This document shows positions 21,125 through 34,588 of a stretch of DNA of 64,000 nucleotides, one piece after another (positions within the stretch are counted from its first letter, which is position 1; the number at the start of each line of letters is the position of its first letter). The stretch comes from Chrysomallon squamiferum (taxonomy: Eukaryota; Animalia; Mollusca): positions 10,664,001 to 10,728,000 of the forward strand of contig CM022665.1 of NCBI GenBank assembly GCA_012295275.1, written 5' to 3'. The notes beneath the pieces are model-generated. The model made no database searches. It was not told where the DNA came from and saw nothing but the letters and a program-made list of their open reading frames with translations. The translations under genes and the position numbers were made by a program.

Positions 21125-22269
21125 ATGATTGTCGTTGTCGTGGTTGTTACGATTTACAGTATTTCGGGAGTATTCACATCTGAGGTAAAGTATTGAGACG
21201 ATTAATTACTATTTCAATATTAATTAAAATTAATTAATGTTTGTTTCAAGATAAAAACATTTTAGATTTTTTTTTTTTTTTTTTTTTTTTTTTGATAATA
21301 ATCATTATTGTAATTATTATTATTTTATTTATTTATTTTTTTTAATTTGTTTTATTATTTTTGTAATTTTTATGATATTTTTTTTTTTTTTTGATACATA
21401 CAATAGATGTTCTATCTAAATAAATAATTATTGTTTTAATATTATTCAAAATTTTCTAATAATGTATATATATATTATTCTAAAAAAAAAAACTTCTCCT
21501 ATTTTAATATAGTTATTATTCATTTATTTATTTATTTTTATTTATTTACTCATTTAGTGATCTTAATTTTTCTTCTAAATATATCATTTATATATATAAA
21601 AAAAGGTATTAGTGACGTTAATTCTTCTTCTAAATATACCTTTTTTATCATTATTTGTTTTTCTTCTAATATTACTGACTTTTGTTTTCTACCGAACTAC
21701 ATTTATAATTTCCAATTTTAATTTTTTTAATTTTTTATATCATTAACAAAACAAAACGAAACGAAACAAACAAACATCAAAACATTACTGGGTTTCATTT
21801 CGTTACTAAATTTATTAAGTACATTATACTTAATATTACTGCCTCATTTTTCTTATATTTAAAATTATGATCCATTACTGCATTTCAGTCTTGCTTGGCA
21901 CCAACGAGATGTTCTTGCACATTTGGCGCAGAAGGAGATCTTTCAATAACAGGCAGCGGACAAGATGAAAAATGCCTTTGGGTAGCTGGTGTTGCAGGAG
22001 CTTTGGGTTCAATGGTTTTGGCTGGAGGAATATTCGCTGTTTGGCGTTTTGTCAAGAACAAGAAGACGATGTCAAATCCTGATCACAAAGGAAGAATACG
22101 ACCTTCTACAAATGTTACCGGACATCAGGTAACGGCTAATAAAACTGAAGATTCGCCAACAAACAAGGATAACCAGACCAGTGACGAATCTGGTCAAAGA
22201 GTTAATATCAGGAAAATGAAAACAGAATCGAGATACGTTAATGTTTATCGCATGAGTGAATTGTGGTAG
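21125..22269 (+). CDS. Small single-pass membrane protein, 146 aa; exons 21125-21184 and 21889-22269
   Basis: Exon 1 MIVVVVVVTIYSISGVFTSE (signal-like) with gtaaag donor. After the catttcag acceptor, exon 2 gives SCLAPTRCSCTFGAEGDL, TM segment LWVAGVAGALGSMVLAGGIFAVW and basic stop-transfer RFVKNKK. Phase 0. AATAAA at ~22445. Confidence 0.75.
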
Positions 22270-23417
22270 CTGTATTATATGAAATCGCATTCTAGCGGTT
22301 TTTATTTTATTTTTTTTGTTCTACAATTATTATTATTATTACTTTCATTTTCTTTTATTTAATTATTTATTTATTTATATATTTTATTCTAAGTGTATTT
22401 AAAATTCAACGACTGTCGTGTGAAAAATGTTTTCGATCGTTTGAAATAAACGTTTGTACAGAAGTTTCATGTTCTTTCTTTCTTACTACTGCTAATGCTA
22501 CTATTACTACTTTATTATTATTATTGAAACTGTTATTATTATTATTATTATCGCTTCTTCTTCAATATCATCACCAGCAGGATCACCATCATCACTATCA
22601 TTATCATACAAGTTGTATCAGGGATTTAAATGTTTTTTTATTCATGGAAGTCCTTTTACTTATATAATGAAAAACATGTTATTTATTATGAATTTCGAGA
22701 AAAAAAAAAGAAAAAGCAAATTAAAAACAGGATAAAAGGTAAACCAGTAAACATCTTCTTTGGTGCAGATACGTAAATCAACAAAATAAATAAAAGACAA
22801 CTACTACTACTACTAAAACCACAGCTTCTACAACTACACTACTATATCCACTTATATAGGGCCTACCTTATATTCATGTCTATCTAGAATTAACATCAAC
22901 AAAAACGATGGCGCTTTAGATATAACTGTAATTTCATTACGATTTTCACTTGTATGAATAATATTTATTATTTAAAAAAAATTTAAAATAATAAAAAACA
23001 TCTAAGCCTGTTCATTTAACTACGCATCAGGGCATTTAAAATATCATAGATGTTATTATTCTAGTTTCATGTATTTGATTGTCATTTTATCGTAATCAGT
23101 AGTAATAGAAAATTTAGTACGGAATAATAACAGCAAAAACAACCATAAATAAATAAATAAATAAAATATATAAAAGTAATTTTTGAATGATATATTTTTG
23201 AAACTGTCATTATAATATCAACATGAAAATAAAAGGGACATTTAGTGCGGGAAATAAACCTTTTAAAATAACGATAACAACGAAATAAATAAATAAATAA
23301 ATAAAACAATGTATGTTCAAAAGGTTATTAATAATTTTTCAGTGATATATTTTAAAAACTTATTATAATTATCAAGAAATAAGAAGGCTGCGTTATAACT
23401 AAGACATATATATACGG

Positions 23418-23461
<44 letters not shown>

Positions 23462-23629
23462 GGAAGTCCCCAAAAGTGGCAGCAAAATACTTCTCTCATA
23501 TTTTATTATTATTATTATTATTATTACTACTACTACTACTGCTGCTACTACTACTACTACTACTACTGTTGTTGTTATTGTTGTTATCCAGCCAGACTAA
23601 AACAAACAAAAACATTAAAAAATAAATAA

Positions 23630-23666
<37 letters not shown>

Positions 23667-24359
23667 ATGCGTAACGCATACATTTATGTTTAAAGTTACT
23701 CTTTACAACTTACAGACAAAGCTCGTGTATATTCACATATTTCTATACATCTGACCAGTGAATTTGCTAAATCATTTGCCTGAACTGCAGATATCAAATG
23801 AAAAATGAGATAAATCTCCGTCGTACTAAACTTTAATCAACGTGGTAATAATGTCCCGTTATCTGTCGGCAATTCCTGTGTTGTTGAGACAGAGTCGACC
23901 ATTACCGTAAATATAATCCTTTCTTCTCTCAACCAACTTACAGTAATAAACACTGGCTGTAGGCGAACGAATGATACATCCAATGCAGTCTAAAAGGTAG
24001 ACATGGTTAGTGCAAATATTTGATTGATATATTTCTATTTAGTTTCACTGGAGATGATGTTATGTAATATATTGTGCTAGGGCGTGTGTGTGTGTATATA
24101 TTTATTTGTTTATGCTTTTTTTTTTTTTTTTATTATTTTGAATTTATTTTATTTTATTTTATTTTATTAATTTATTTACTTGTAATATATTTATTTAAAT
24201 TTCATTGAATATTCATTATGTTATTGTTAATTGTTTATTTTATATTACTATATATTGTCATTTTAAGAAAATTATTTTATATGTGAAATAATATATTTGA
24301 TGTTCATAGTTGTGGCTCATGAATCATGTCTGATATATTTTTTTAAATTATATTAAAAT

Positions 24360-24605
24360 TGTAATTATCGTTATTTCGTGTATTTTTCATCAACATCGTT
24401 GTTGTCATCATTAGCATCGTCACTATCAGTATCATTAACATCACAATCAATATCATTATCATCCCTATCAATATCTTTATCATCATTATCATTAACATTA
24501 TCATCAAAATCTTCATTATCATCAATATCATCGTCACCATCATCAAAATCATCATCATTATCAATAACATTATCAAGATCATCATTATCATTATGAACAT
24601 CATTA
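24360..24605. repeat. Degenerate (ATC/ATT)n trinucleotide tract upstream of the first coding exon
   Basis: Long run of atc/att/aca triplets that produces the spurious D/N-rich and S-rich ORFs. Confidence 0.8.
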
Positions 24606-24627
24606 ACATTATTAAATATAATTACAG

Positions 24628-24884
24628 ATGATGGTTTTGAATCATGCTGTGATATTTCTCTTATGTTTTTTACTTGATGTCGCTGTGGTTGCTTCCTCTC
24701 TTCAACATTTTGCTGGCGGATGTTTAACTTACAGATTTCTTGAAACATCACAGTCTAATTTTAAGGTAAATAAATATATAATACATTACAAAAAGACAGA
24801 CAGACAGACAGACAGACTTATAGATATATATATATATAAATAGATAGTTAGGATTGTATATGAATTGTATGTTTGACACTAAAT

Positions 24885-24950
<66 letters not shown>

Positions 24951-25602
24951 GAATTTTCTTCATTCTGTAAAATAATAAAATAATATTTTACTAAGAAGAG
25001 ATGAATGACAGTTAAAACACTAACTAAAACTTAAGGTTTCTGTCTTGTTCATTTTAAATCGTAGATTCAAATAACAGCCACAACGACGTGGAATCTGACA
25101 GAGGGGCCGTGCGGGCCAACGTGTTCCACAACGAACATCGGACAAAGTACAGAGAAGAGCAGAAAAAAGGCCATCGCCGATTCGGGCGATGAAATGTACT
25201 TTGGTAACTGGACTGCGGAAATCAAAGGTTACAACAGGAGAATGACGGTTTATAGATCTCTGCTGAATAAAACAAAAACCAGAATGACGAGTCGCGTTAG
25301 TGGTGTTAATAAAATACAACACTGGGAACAAGAAGTCGCTTATCTGGTGCTGGACATCGACAGAAATTGCAAAGAAACGGATATCAGGTTTTTCTCCAGA
25401 ACCGTTTATAAGAAAGAATGAGCAGCTAGGTTACAAATAACAAATCTTGTTATTACTACTATTATTCCTGTTTTTTTTTTTTTTTTTTTTATTATTATTA
25501 ATTATTATTAGGATTCTTAAAATAATAAATAAAATAAAATAAAATAAAATAAATAATAAAAATAATAACAATAACAACAACAATAACAACAACAATAATT
25601 AT

Positions 25603-25638
<36 letters not shown>

Positions 25639-26481
25639 AATAATAATAATAATAAAAATAACATTATTATGGTTATGCTGCATACACTTGTGTTTTATTT
25701 ATTTATTTATTTATTTGTTTATTAAAGCATTGACGGCAAACACTGGCGGCCGTTAGACTATGAACCAGCTGCTAGTAAAAAAGGATATCACTTGCAAGTC
25801 TCAGTGAAACCACTAATACGAAGTGATACAGGAAAACCAAACAACAGTCCATTAGTCCTGTTCAGACCCGTTTATAAGTAAGTCTGTTGAATTAACTGTA
25901 AGATCACCATTTGAAAATTCAAAAGAACTTTTATTTATTAACTTTATTTTCCTAACTTCTGAAGCTTTAAAAAAATAATAATAATAATATCTCATATACT
26001 GTACTGTATGCTAATCGTTCACGCTTACTCTACATGTTTATGAGTACTAGTCATAGGGTTTTTTTTCTTTTTTTCTTTTCTTCACCACTGACACCTTTTG
26101 TATCGGTGTTAATGTCGCAAATGTCCTCCTCTTGCACTACTTGCTGGTCGGTGAGGAGACATATTTAATATTAAAATAGCAGGAAAAAAAAGAAAAAAAG
26201 AGTAATATCTGTACCGCTAAAGCATGCATCAATAAACGTAAATTAGCTGCGGCCATGCAGACTGATGACCTCCAGGTTCAAATCAATGTCCTGATCGGGG
26301 CCGCAAAATGGCGGATTAGCGAGGTCCATCCTGTATTTCTGAAATCCCGTATCCGCTAACGCAGTTTCCCGAAATACGAACTTAAAAGAATTGTATTTTT
26401 GTAGTACATCATTTACCAATCGAATAAATACTAATAAATAGTTCATCTCACAATTATAAACTGTTTGGTTGGTCATAAGAG

Positions 26482-26513
<32 letters not shown>

Positions 26514-28886
26514 TTAATTAATAAGTTACGTTTTGGTTACAGGGTGAGTCTGAACAGGAAAACAAGAATTAGACTGGCCACAGCAGACCCGGATGGTGAC
26601 ACAGTGAAATGCAGGTACGCCAGATTTGTTCAAGCCGGCTACCTTGACGCACACACTAACATCTCCGTCAGCGAGGTAAGATGGGATGAATGAAAGAAAG
26701 ACTAATGAAGGATATTTAAGAATGAATGAATAAACGAAAGAACGAATTAATGAATGAATGAAAAAAACATTAAAGTGAACGGATGAATGAATGAATGAAA
26801 GAAAGATGGAAAATGTAAATGAAAGTGAAGGAATGAATGAAGGAAGAGAGAAAGTAAGGAAGGAAAAAGGAAAGGAAGATATATTTGTTTAACAAAAATA
26901 TCTGACTTCAAATAATATACATAATCCACGATGGATGTTTCATCAATTTGATTCTTTGTAAAAATTAAGTCAGAATTTGTTCAGTTTTAAAAACTCATAA
27001 GATTTTTGGTTATTTGGTAGAACTGTGAAATTACGTTCGAGCCCTACATTGGTGAAAACAGTAGCACGTACGCTTACAAACATCGTGGTTGGGGAGCGAT
27101 TCCAGTGACAGTGTCAGATTTCAGTAAAAAGACAATACAACTTACACGGGAAGGAAAAAGTATACAAGTTGGCAAAACATGGCCGCTTAGTTCCGTCAAT
27201 GCGCAGGTATGTTCCGTTCAGTTTCTACGTATGTGTGTGCGCGTTATGTACGTGAATGGAACTATTTATGTTTGGGTTATTTTGGTTGAATGGTTTTACT
27301 TACATATATCTATCTGTCCATCCATACATACACAGACATGTGTGTGTGTGTGTGTGTGCGTACGTATACAAACATATTTATATATAGATCTTATTGATAC
27401 TGTCGTGGTTTCAGTTCTTGTTTCAGACACTGATAAATCTTAAAATCCCTGAATTCGTTGAGCCAACAAAACCAAACAATCACAAATACAAAGTGTATGT
27501 AGGATCGACACTAAAAATAAAACTTTACGCTAAACCAAACGAAACATCAAAAGAGTAAGCAAAACATTTTTTTTTTTTTTTTTTGTTTATATCTTTTATA
27601 GACAAAAATGCAAAATATTAACCAGTTCAAATGAAACATAGAAACAATTAAATAATAAGAAACTGAATTAATGAATTAATAAATAAAAGCGTTTAAAGGT
27701 CATTAAATAATTGGGTTATCTATCTGTCTGTCTGTTTCTCTATCTATCTATCCATCAATCTATCTTTATGTTCAGTTTATGAAATAAGTAATAATGCACA
27801 TTCAACTAATTAAAAAGAAGTTAATTCAGTTGAAACCAAAATAACCAAAGTATTTCATTTTTATTTTATTCAGGGAAATAGACTCGTTCTATGTTTCGTC
27901 ATTACCACACAGAACATTTAACGTATGTAAAGCAAAATCTGCTTATAGCACACTTAATACAACAAAATTCTGCGAATTTTCCTGGCCCATTAAAACATCA
28001 GACGTCGGAACCTTTTATTTTGCAGGCTATAGCTTCTGACACAGCAGGGTGGGTATAGTCTTTGCTTATACATACACTCGTACGTACATACATACATACA
28101 TACATACAAACACTCAGTCATAACATATAGATATATACACACACACACAAACACAGACAGACAGTCACGTGTACACATTTTATTTTGTTTCCAGCGTTGA
28201 TTCTGAAGAAAGAACCTATATTGTATCAGTGGAAGGTAAATATAAATTTAAACTTTTTCGTTTTCATTTTTTTTTTTTCTTTCTTTCATATTATAGTGCT
28301 CCTGTTGTTATTGTTGTTGTTAATCTTATTTGTATTATTGTTTATTTTGATAGCGTTGTTGTTGATGTTCTTGTTATATTGTTAATATTGTTGTTATTGT
28401 TAGGTCGCATTTAAAAAAATGCTTGTTAAGCGTTCATATATTTCAACTGTTTTCAGATAGGGAGGGAGGTTTTTATTTTATTTTTAATTATATATTTTAA
28501 ACAAGTATATATACATACTTGTTTAACATACAAAAAATATATATATATATTATCTATTCTTGTTTTTATTATTATTATTATTACAGATATTAATTTTACT
28601 CAGCTATGTGTCACTCAAAGTGTAAGTTTGATGTATTTCTTTGATAAATATTAACTATTTTCCATTGCTTGTGGCACCATTCATTACACTGAAAACCGCT
28701 TAAAAATTATTCAAATAAATATTATTTAGCAACTGTCATTTTTAAAATAAAACATTTTAAGTAAAATGAGTAATTTTGGTGTGTGCCGTTGCGTTCGTTC
28801 ATTTATATGTGTGTCTGTATACGCGAATTAATACTATTTAATAGTCATTTTTATATTTCGTAAATATTATATACTATCACACTTGC

Positions 28887-28921
<35 letters not shown>

Positions 28922-29290
28922 TTAGTAATAGTAAAAAAAAAAAAATTTAAAAAAAAAGAAGAAAAAAACACTATTTATTATCTAATTCTGTTTTAGCACG
29001 GTCCGTACTTCGTTTTCATCCCGAGTGTTAACGAAGTCAGATGTGAGGTAAACACATCATGTATATTTCCAGTGTATGCTGCGTGTCAGTCAGGGTTCGT
29101 GGAAATAATTTTTATTATTTAATATTAAAAATACATATTGCTGACCTACCTGTCGTTTCATATATTTTATTTTATTATTAATATGATTTCTAAAAAATGT
29201 CTTAATGTAAAGTTACTTATTTAATATCGTATTTCAATGTTCTTCTTCTTCATAGTAATACTGCTACTACTACTGTTGTAATTATTATTA

Positions 29291-29321
<31 letters not shown>

Positions 29322-29705
29322 AACTATTTAACTATCAATAACAAACAATATAAACATAAATATACAGCTATTAAATACTGAAACGCTTCGAGCATGTTTA
29401 ATCGTGTATAAATTTTGCGTCAGTGGCGCCCAATCTCGTTATGAAATTTATACGCATGCGTGGTTTTCCAGGTTAGTGTATGCTTAAGGTGATATTTCAG
29501 TGTTCCATACTAGTAAATTATAATGGGGAGAAAATATAATAATAATTATTATTTGGTTTATTAATGTAGTGGACAGTCACAGCAACAAAAGCAAAATTAA
29601 ACACAATAGCTAATCTACAGATCCATGCTTAGTTTGGGGGAGTCAAACTACTGAAGTATTTCGATCGAAACTGGGCACACAAAACTAGAGTGTAATATAT
29701 TGAAA

Positions 29706-29742
<37 letters not shown>

Positions 29743-30392
29743 GGAGGAAGAGGAGGAGTGGGAGCATTATTAGTGATAGTAGTAGTAACAGTAATTACTT
29801 TGTATATAATTATTACTACTTCCCCCCCCTGCGAATTAAATGAACTAAATAACAATAAGCACAATTTATACATAGCATATACAGCCATACTTTACTGACC
29901 AAAAACATATAGTGTGTAGGTATAGCATTTATAGTTTCTATACAATTATAATGCGATGTCATTAAACAGTTGTTAATTCACTGTTCTTTGATTCCTTATT
30001 CTTTTCAGTCATACCGTTAAAACAGTTACAGTTGAAAATTCTACCGTCGTCGCAGTTTCTGCTGGACAAATAACGGAAGTTAAGAAAGCAGGAAAACATG
30101 TCTTCAAGTCGGACATATCTGTACTAGACACTACTGGTGGCAGTAAGAAGATTTGTTTGAAAACTACTGACGACCAAAAGTAGGTTTATCACTGTTTCAC
30201 ACAATGGGAATCAAGTAAACCAGACATGGAATGGTTAATGAATGTATTATAATAAAATATAAATACTTAATATAAATTTGAACTAATAGGATTCTGACCT
30301 GAGAGGAATCGTACTAACTATCAGTGTTATAAGAAAATGGACCATTTATATCAATAAAAATACAAACGTATCTTATTTTCTGAACGATTACA

Positions 30393-30469
<77 letters not shown>

Positions 30470-31217
30470 TCTCTCTTTATTTTTATTTATTTATTTATTT
30501 CCACAGAAAACAGTTTACGATGTGTCTGAATATTACAATACATTCTTCAGGTATGTAAAACAAAAAAAAGTAAAATCAGTTATACTTATGGCTATAGGTG
30601 TCTACAATACACTTCCCTCAGTATCGTATAGAGAATTCAAGTAATTTACAATATCATAGCGCTTCACTGTAAAACACAGTTATACTCAAATTTCAAAATT
30701 TCCTGCTAAATCTAATAATTTGATCAGCATTTGTGAAAATAAACTGATATTGTTAGTATTAAGTTCTGTTTACTTGCATAAATGTTTGACAGTTTTGTAA
30801 CATCAACAGCAACAACAACAACAACGGTAATAATAACAACATTAAATGTAATTATATAATAATATCACCAAATACCTGCATTGTTACAGTATTAATTAAC
30901 TAATATTTTATTACAGGTGAAAACTGTAGATTGGTGGGTAAGTTGTTTAAACAAACATACGTAACAGAAATGATAAATATTTTTAGTTTGAATACTGAAA
31001 ATAACAAATAAATAGATCATGCTTGATTTTCATTTATCTAAATATATTTATAAAAAAAACCTATTTACTAAATGACATCCAAAACTGTAATGTTGTCATT
31101 CTTGTCGTGCAACTTTAGAGAAATACTTTATCCAAAAAGTAAAAAATGATATATTTTTTTTATTTTCTTTTGTTTTTGTTTCAGATCGAACATTCGCTGT
31201 AAGTATATTACGTTGTG

Positions 31218-31283
<66 letters not shown>

Positions 31284-31449
31284 AATAAGATACGCTTGCA
31301 ATGCAAAAATTGTCATTTCCAAAATCCGTATCCATTTAGTCAAAATGAACATTAAGTGCCATTAATATTCTTTGATGTGCATACTTACTTGTAGCATTGC
31401 TGTGAAAAGCTTACATTAGTCTGTCGGTCTGTCTCTGTCTGTCTCTCTG

Positions 31450-31491
<42 letters not shown>

Positions 31492-31799
31492 GTTCCTCCG
31501 TCTCTTACCGTTTAAACTTTTTATCTACAGAATTTTATTTATTATAGGAGCATGCAGCGAGACGCGGCACAGTTACTTGTTCCTGCATCTGTCTACAAAC
31601 TGGAGAACTGAAAGCTAATATCCTTACTCGGCCTTCAGTTTCAAATCAACGCTTGCTCTTGGTTCTAGCCGCTGGTTCTGGGGGCAGTATAGCGACAATG
31701 GGAGTTGTCCTTCTTAGTTACATTGTCGGCAGTAAAATATTTAATAGGAAAACGGAAAAGCGAAAACAGGATATTCGAGTTCACCCAGTTCTCCGTTAA
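24628..31799 (+). CDS. Type I membrane protein of the 'integrin beta-like'/Sib-like family, ~639 aa. Exons 24628-24765, 25065-25387, 25728-25877, 26543-26675, 27021-27206, 27415-27554, 27874-28048, 28195-28235, 28587-28621, 28997-29094, 30009-30179, 30507-30550, 30917-30937, 31185-31198, 31548-31799; +1 frameshift at ~28015
   Basis: Signal peptide then HFAGGCLTY (HFxGG motif), IRSDTGKPNNSP, DPDGDTVKCRYA, PVTVSDF, PLSSVNAQF, PEFVEPT, FSWP..DVG. C-terminal TM LLLVLAAGSGGSIATMGVVLLSYIVG and basic tail. All GT-AG phases chain once one extra T is removed. Confidence 0.8.
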
Positions 31800-33613
31800 G
31801 ATGTGTTTTTAATAAAATAAAATATGAATTTACAGTACAGTTGTTAATTAGAGAGTAGAGTGTAACGTTACTTAAAAATCAATGTATATTTTATTAGATT
31901 GTTGTTAGTTAAAAGGAATTGACTACAAAATACAATTAACTGTAAAAATACTCATAAAACAGGAATACCGTTTATTTTTCTTTCTTTCAGTAATAAAAAT
32001 ACTTCTGTCTTGTACATATTTTTCAATTCAGTATTATTTTCGGCAGAAAAGGTAAATTGCCGAAAAATAGGAATAAAATATTACACTCTCATTAATGTTT
32101 TAGAAACTATATTAAAAATTTCTTAAACTAAAATTACTTATTTTCCAAGCAACATAAAAAAAAAAAATTTAAAAATAAAAAAATACTAACGATATTTTTA
32201 TTATTTATTTATTTATTTATTTTAAATCAGCGTTTCTCTTAATCTACACATTTATACCAGAAGTAGTTACCTCCCTTGCAAAATGTGATTTATTTTTATA
32301 TCGGAAACTATCTGTTCCCAAAGCCAATGAAAACACATTTTTTACCATCGATTCCTAAAGAACACCAGTTGCAGAGCTTGCTAGCTACAAAACTGCTTTT
32401 CTTTTTCTTTTTTTAAATGTAGTGAATAATTTATTTATTATGTTATCGAATTTTTATATGACATTAATTCTTTTTTTTTTTTTTTTTTTTTACACTTTTG
32501 TCTAAAAAGTACTTTTTTTTTATCTGTTATTTTATTATTATTATTATTTTTTTTTTATTAATATTTATTGTTTTGCTGATATGCTCTGTTTTACAGGTTC
32601 TTAATTATTCATGTTATAGATTTGGTTTGCATCTGCTTATTAATAAAAAAAGTCTTAAATAACAGTCATTCAAAAACTGAATGTTTTGTTATATGCTTTA
32701 GTAGCTGTTTAATTCCTAGTGTATATATAAATGATGAATAAAATCACTCTTTTATTGGAATCTGTTTAAAATTTTCAGAAATTATTTCATATGCTTTTTT
32801 TTTCTTTTTCTGAAAACACATTAAATATCACAGGTTTTTAAGGATCAAATTTCTTGTGTTATCCCGTATTTTGCTTGTCTTAATTTGCTACAGTATTATT
32901 ATAAAAAATGTGTGTGTATGTGTGTGTGTGTCTCTGTGTGTATATGTATATATACATTTTACTGCATCTTCCTGGAGTTGGCTTTAATGATTTTACCTGA
33001 CTGTGTTTTACAGTGGATTATGGTTACTGATCAAATGCTTGTAGTATTTTTAAGTAACATAAATATATACACACACACACACACACACACACCTACATAT
33101 ATTTATATATTTTAACTTGTGCCACTGTTTAAAATACTTAAGAGTGAAAAATAAAGAAAATTATGCTGTGCTATTTAAAGATGCTTGATTAATTTCATTT
33201 CATTTCTTTTTTTTTCTTCTTAAAATGGTCTCCTGTTTCTTTTTAACCACATTAAAATGCAATAATATGACTCCAAATATTTTAAAACGCATCTGATGTT
33301 TAAACGTGTGAAATTATAATGTAAAAAAAAAAAAAAAAAAAGTTTTAAAATTTAATTCAATGAGAGCAAAAATTACACATCTGCTGCTGTTTAAACTAAG
33401 AAAAACAAAGGTTGAGGAAATTGATAAATTCTAATTCATTCTTCATTGCTAAACTCTACAGAGACTTGTTTCTCAAACTTTTATGACTTTCTTTGGTTAA
33501 CAGAAGTCATAATGTCATGCTAAATATAACCCTACACATCAAACCAGAGAATAACTTAAATTTAATATATATATAGATATATATATTTACATACATACAT
33601 TTAAATTTATGTA

Positions 33614-34050
33614 CAGGTACTGAATCATTTATCCAGCAAGGTTTGGGACTGGAGGTGCTCTGGATTTCTGGATTTGCTGGATTTCTAGATACATATTAAT
33701 AACATACTTCTTTTTTAATCCATTAAATTTTTTAAATTACCTGTATTGAATATGATCTATAATAAATAGGATGAAAATTAAACGAAGAAAAGAAAGAACA
33801 TAATTTTATTTAAACGATATCTGTACAAATTAATACACTTCTTAAAACTTAAATTTCTTACAATATCATGTATAATTTATCAGATGAAAATTAAATAAAT
33901 AAAAATAAGAAACATAATTTAATTTGACAGGTAGAATGACTTCTGTGAGAGATTTACCTCTACTCAGCAACAGTATCATTTAAACTGTACAACGTATACG
34001 TCACAGAAATGTCTAATGCAGCGAGCAGCAACTAATTTAAAAGTAGTCAC

Positions 34051-34088
<38 letters not shown>

Positions 34089-34156
34089 AAATAAATAATT
34101 GCCAGTTTTCTGGATTTTCTGGATTTCCAGATGCCGGATAAATGATTTGGTACCTG
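33614..34156. mobile_element. Tc1/mariner (pogo/Tigger-like) MITE
   Basis: 25-bp TIRs CAGGTACTGAATCATTTATCCAGCA and (rc) CAGGTACCAAATCATTTATCCGGCA, TA on both flanks, subterminal CTGGATTT repeats. Confidence 0.85.
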
Positions 34157-34342
34157 TACAAAATATTAATTAAACAAAATGTGTAGTCTTTTTAATTCTA
34201 TTAAACTTTAATAAAGATGTTATCCCAAAATTTGTAAACAGAAATAATAAACAACACAAAAATTATCAGTTTATTTAATGAAAATGTTATACAGTTTGTT
34301 TACTCACACAGTACAATGTACAGATACTGAGATTTAATGGTG

Positions 34343-34503
34343 TTAGGAGGTTCCAACAAACACTGTCCCGTTCACATTGAAGTGTCCTATAATTACATTA
34401 GAGTTGACTTTGACCTTCTGATTAGGCTGCTGACCACCACCTGATATGCCATATATACCTAAAATAAAATAAAATATTTCTTTAATGTAGTTTTATAAAT
34501 AAA

Positions 34504-34588
<85 letters not shown>

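Noticed and set aside
24343-24751. D/N-rich 126-aa ORF resembling an acidic shell-matrix protein
   Set aside because: Degenerate ATC repeat read antisense, overlapping the real first exon on +; no signal peptide or splice support.
26243-26476. GC-richer intronic block with a 77-aa antisense ORF
   Set aside because: Probably a repeat remnant (ends in GTATCCGCTAACG, MITE-like); no clear second terminus or protein similarity.
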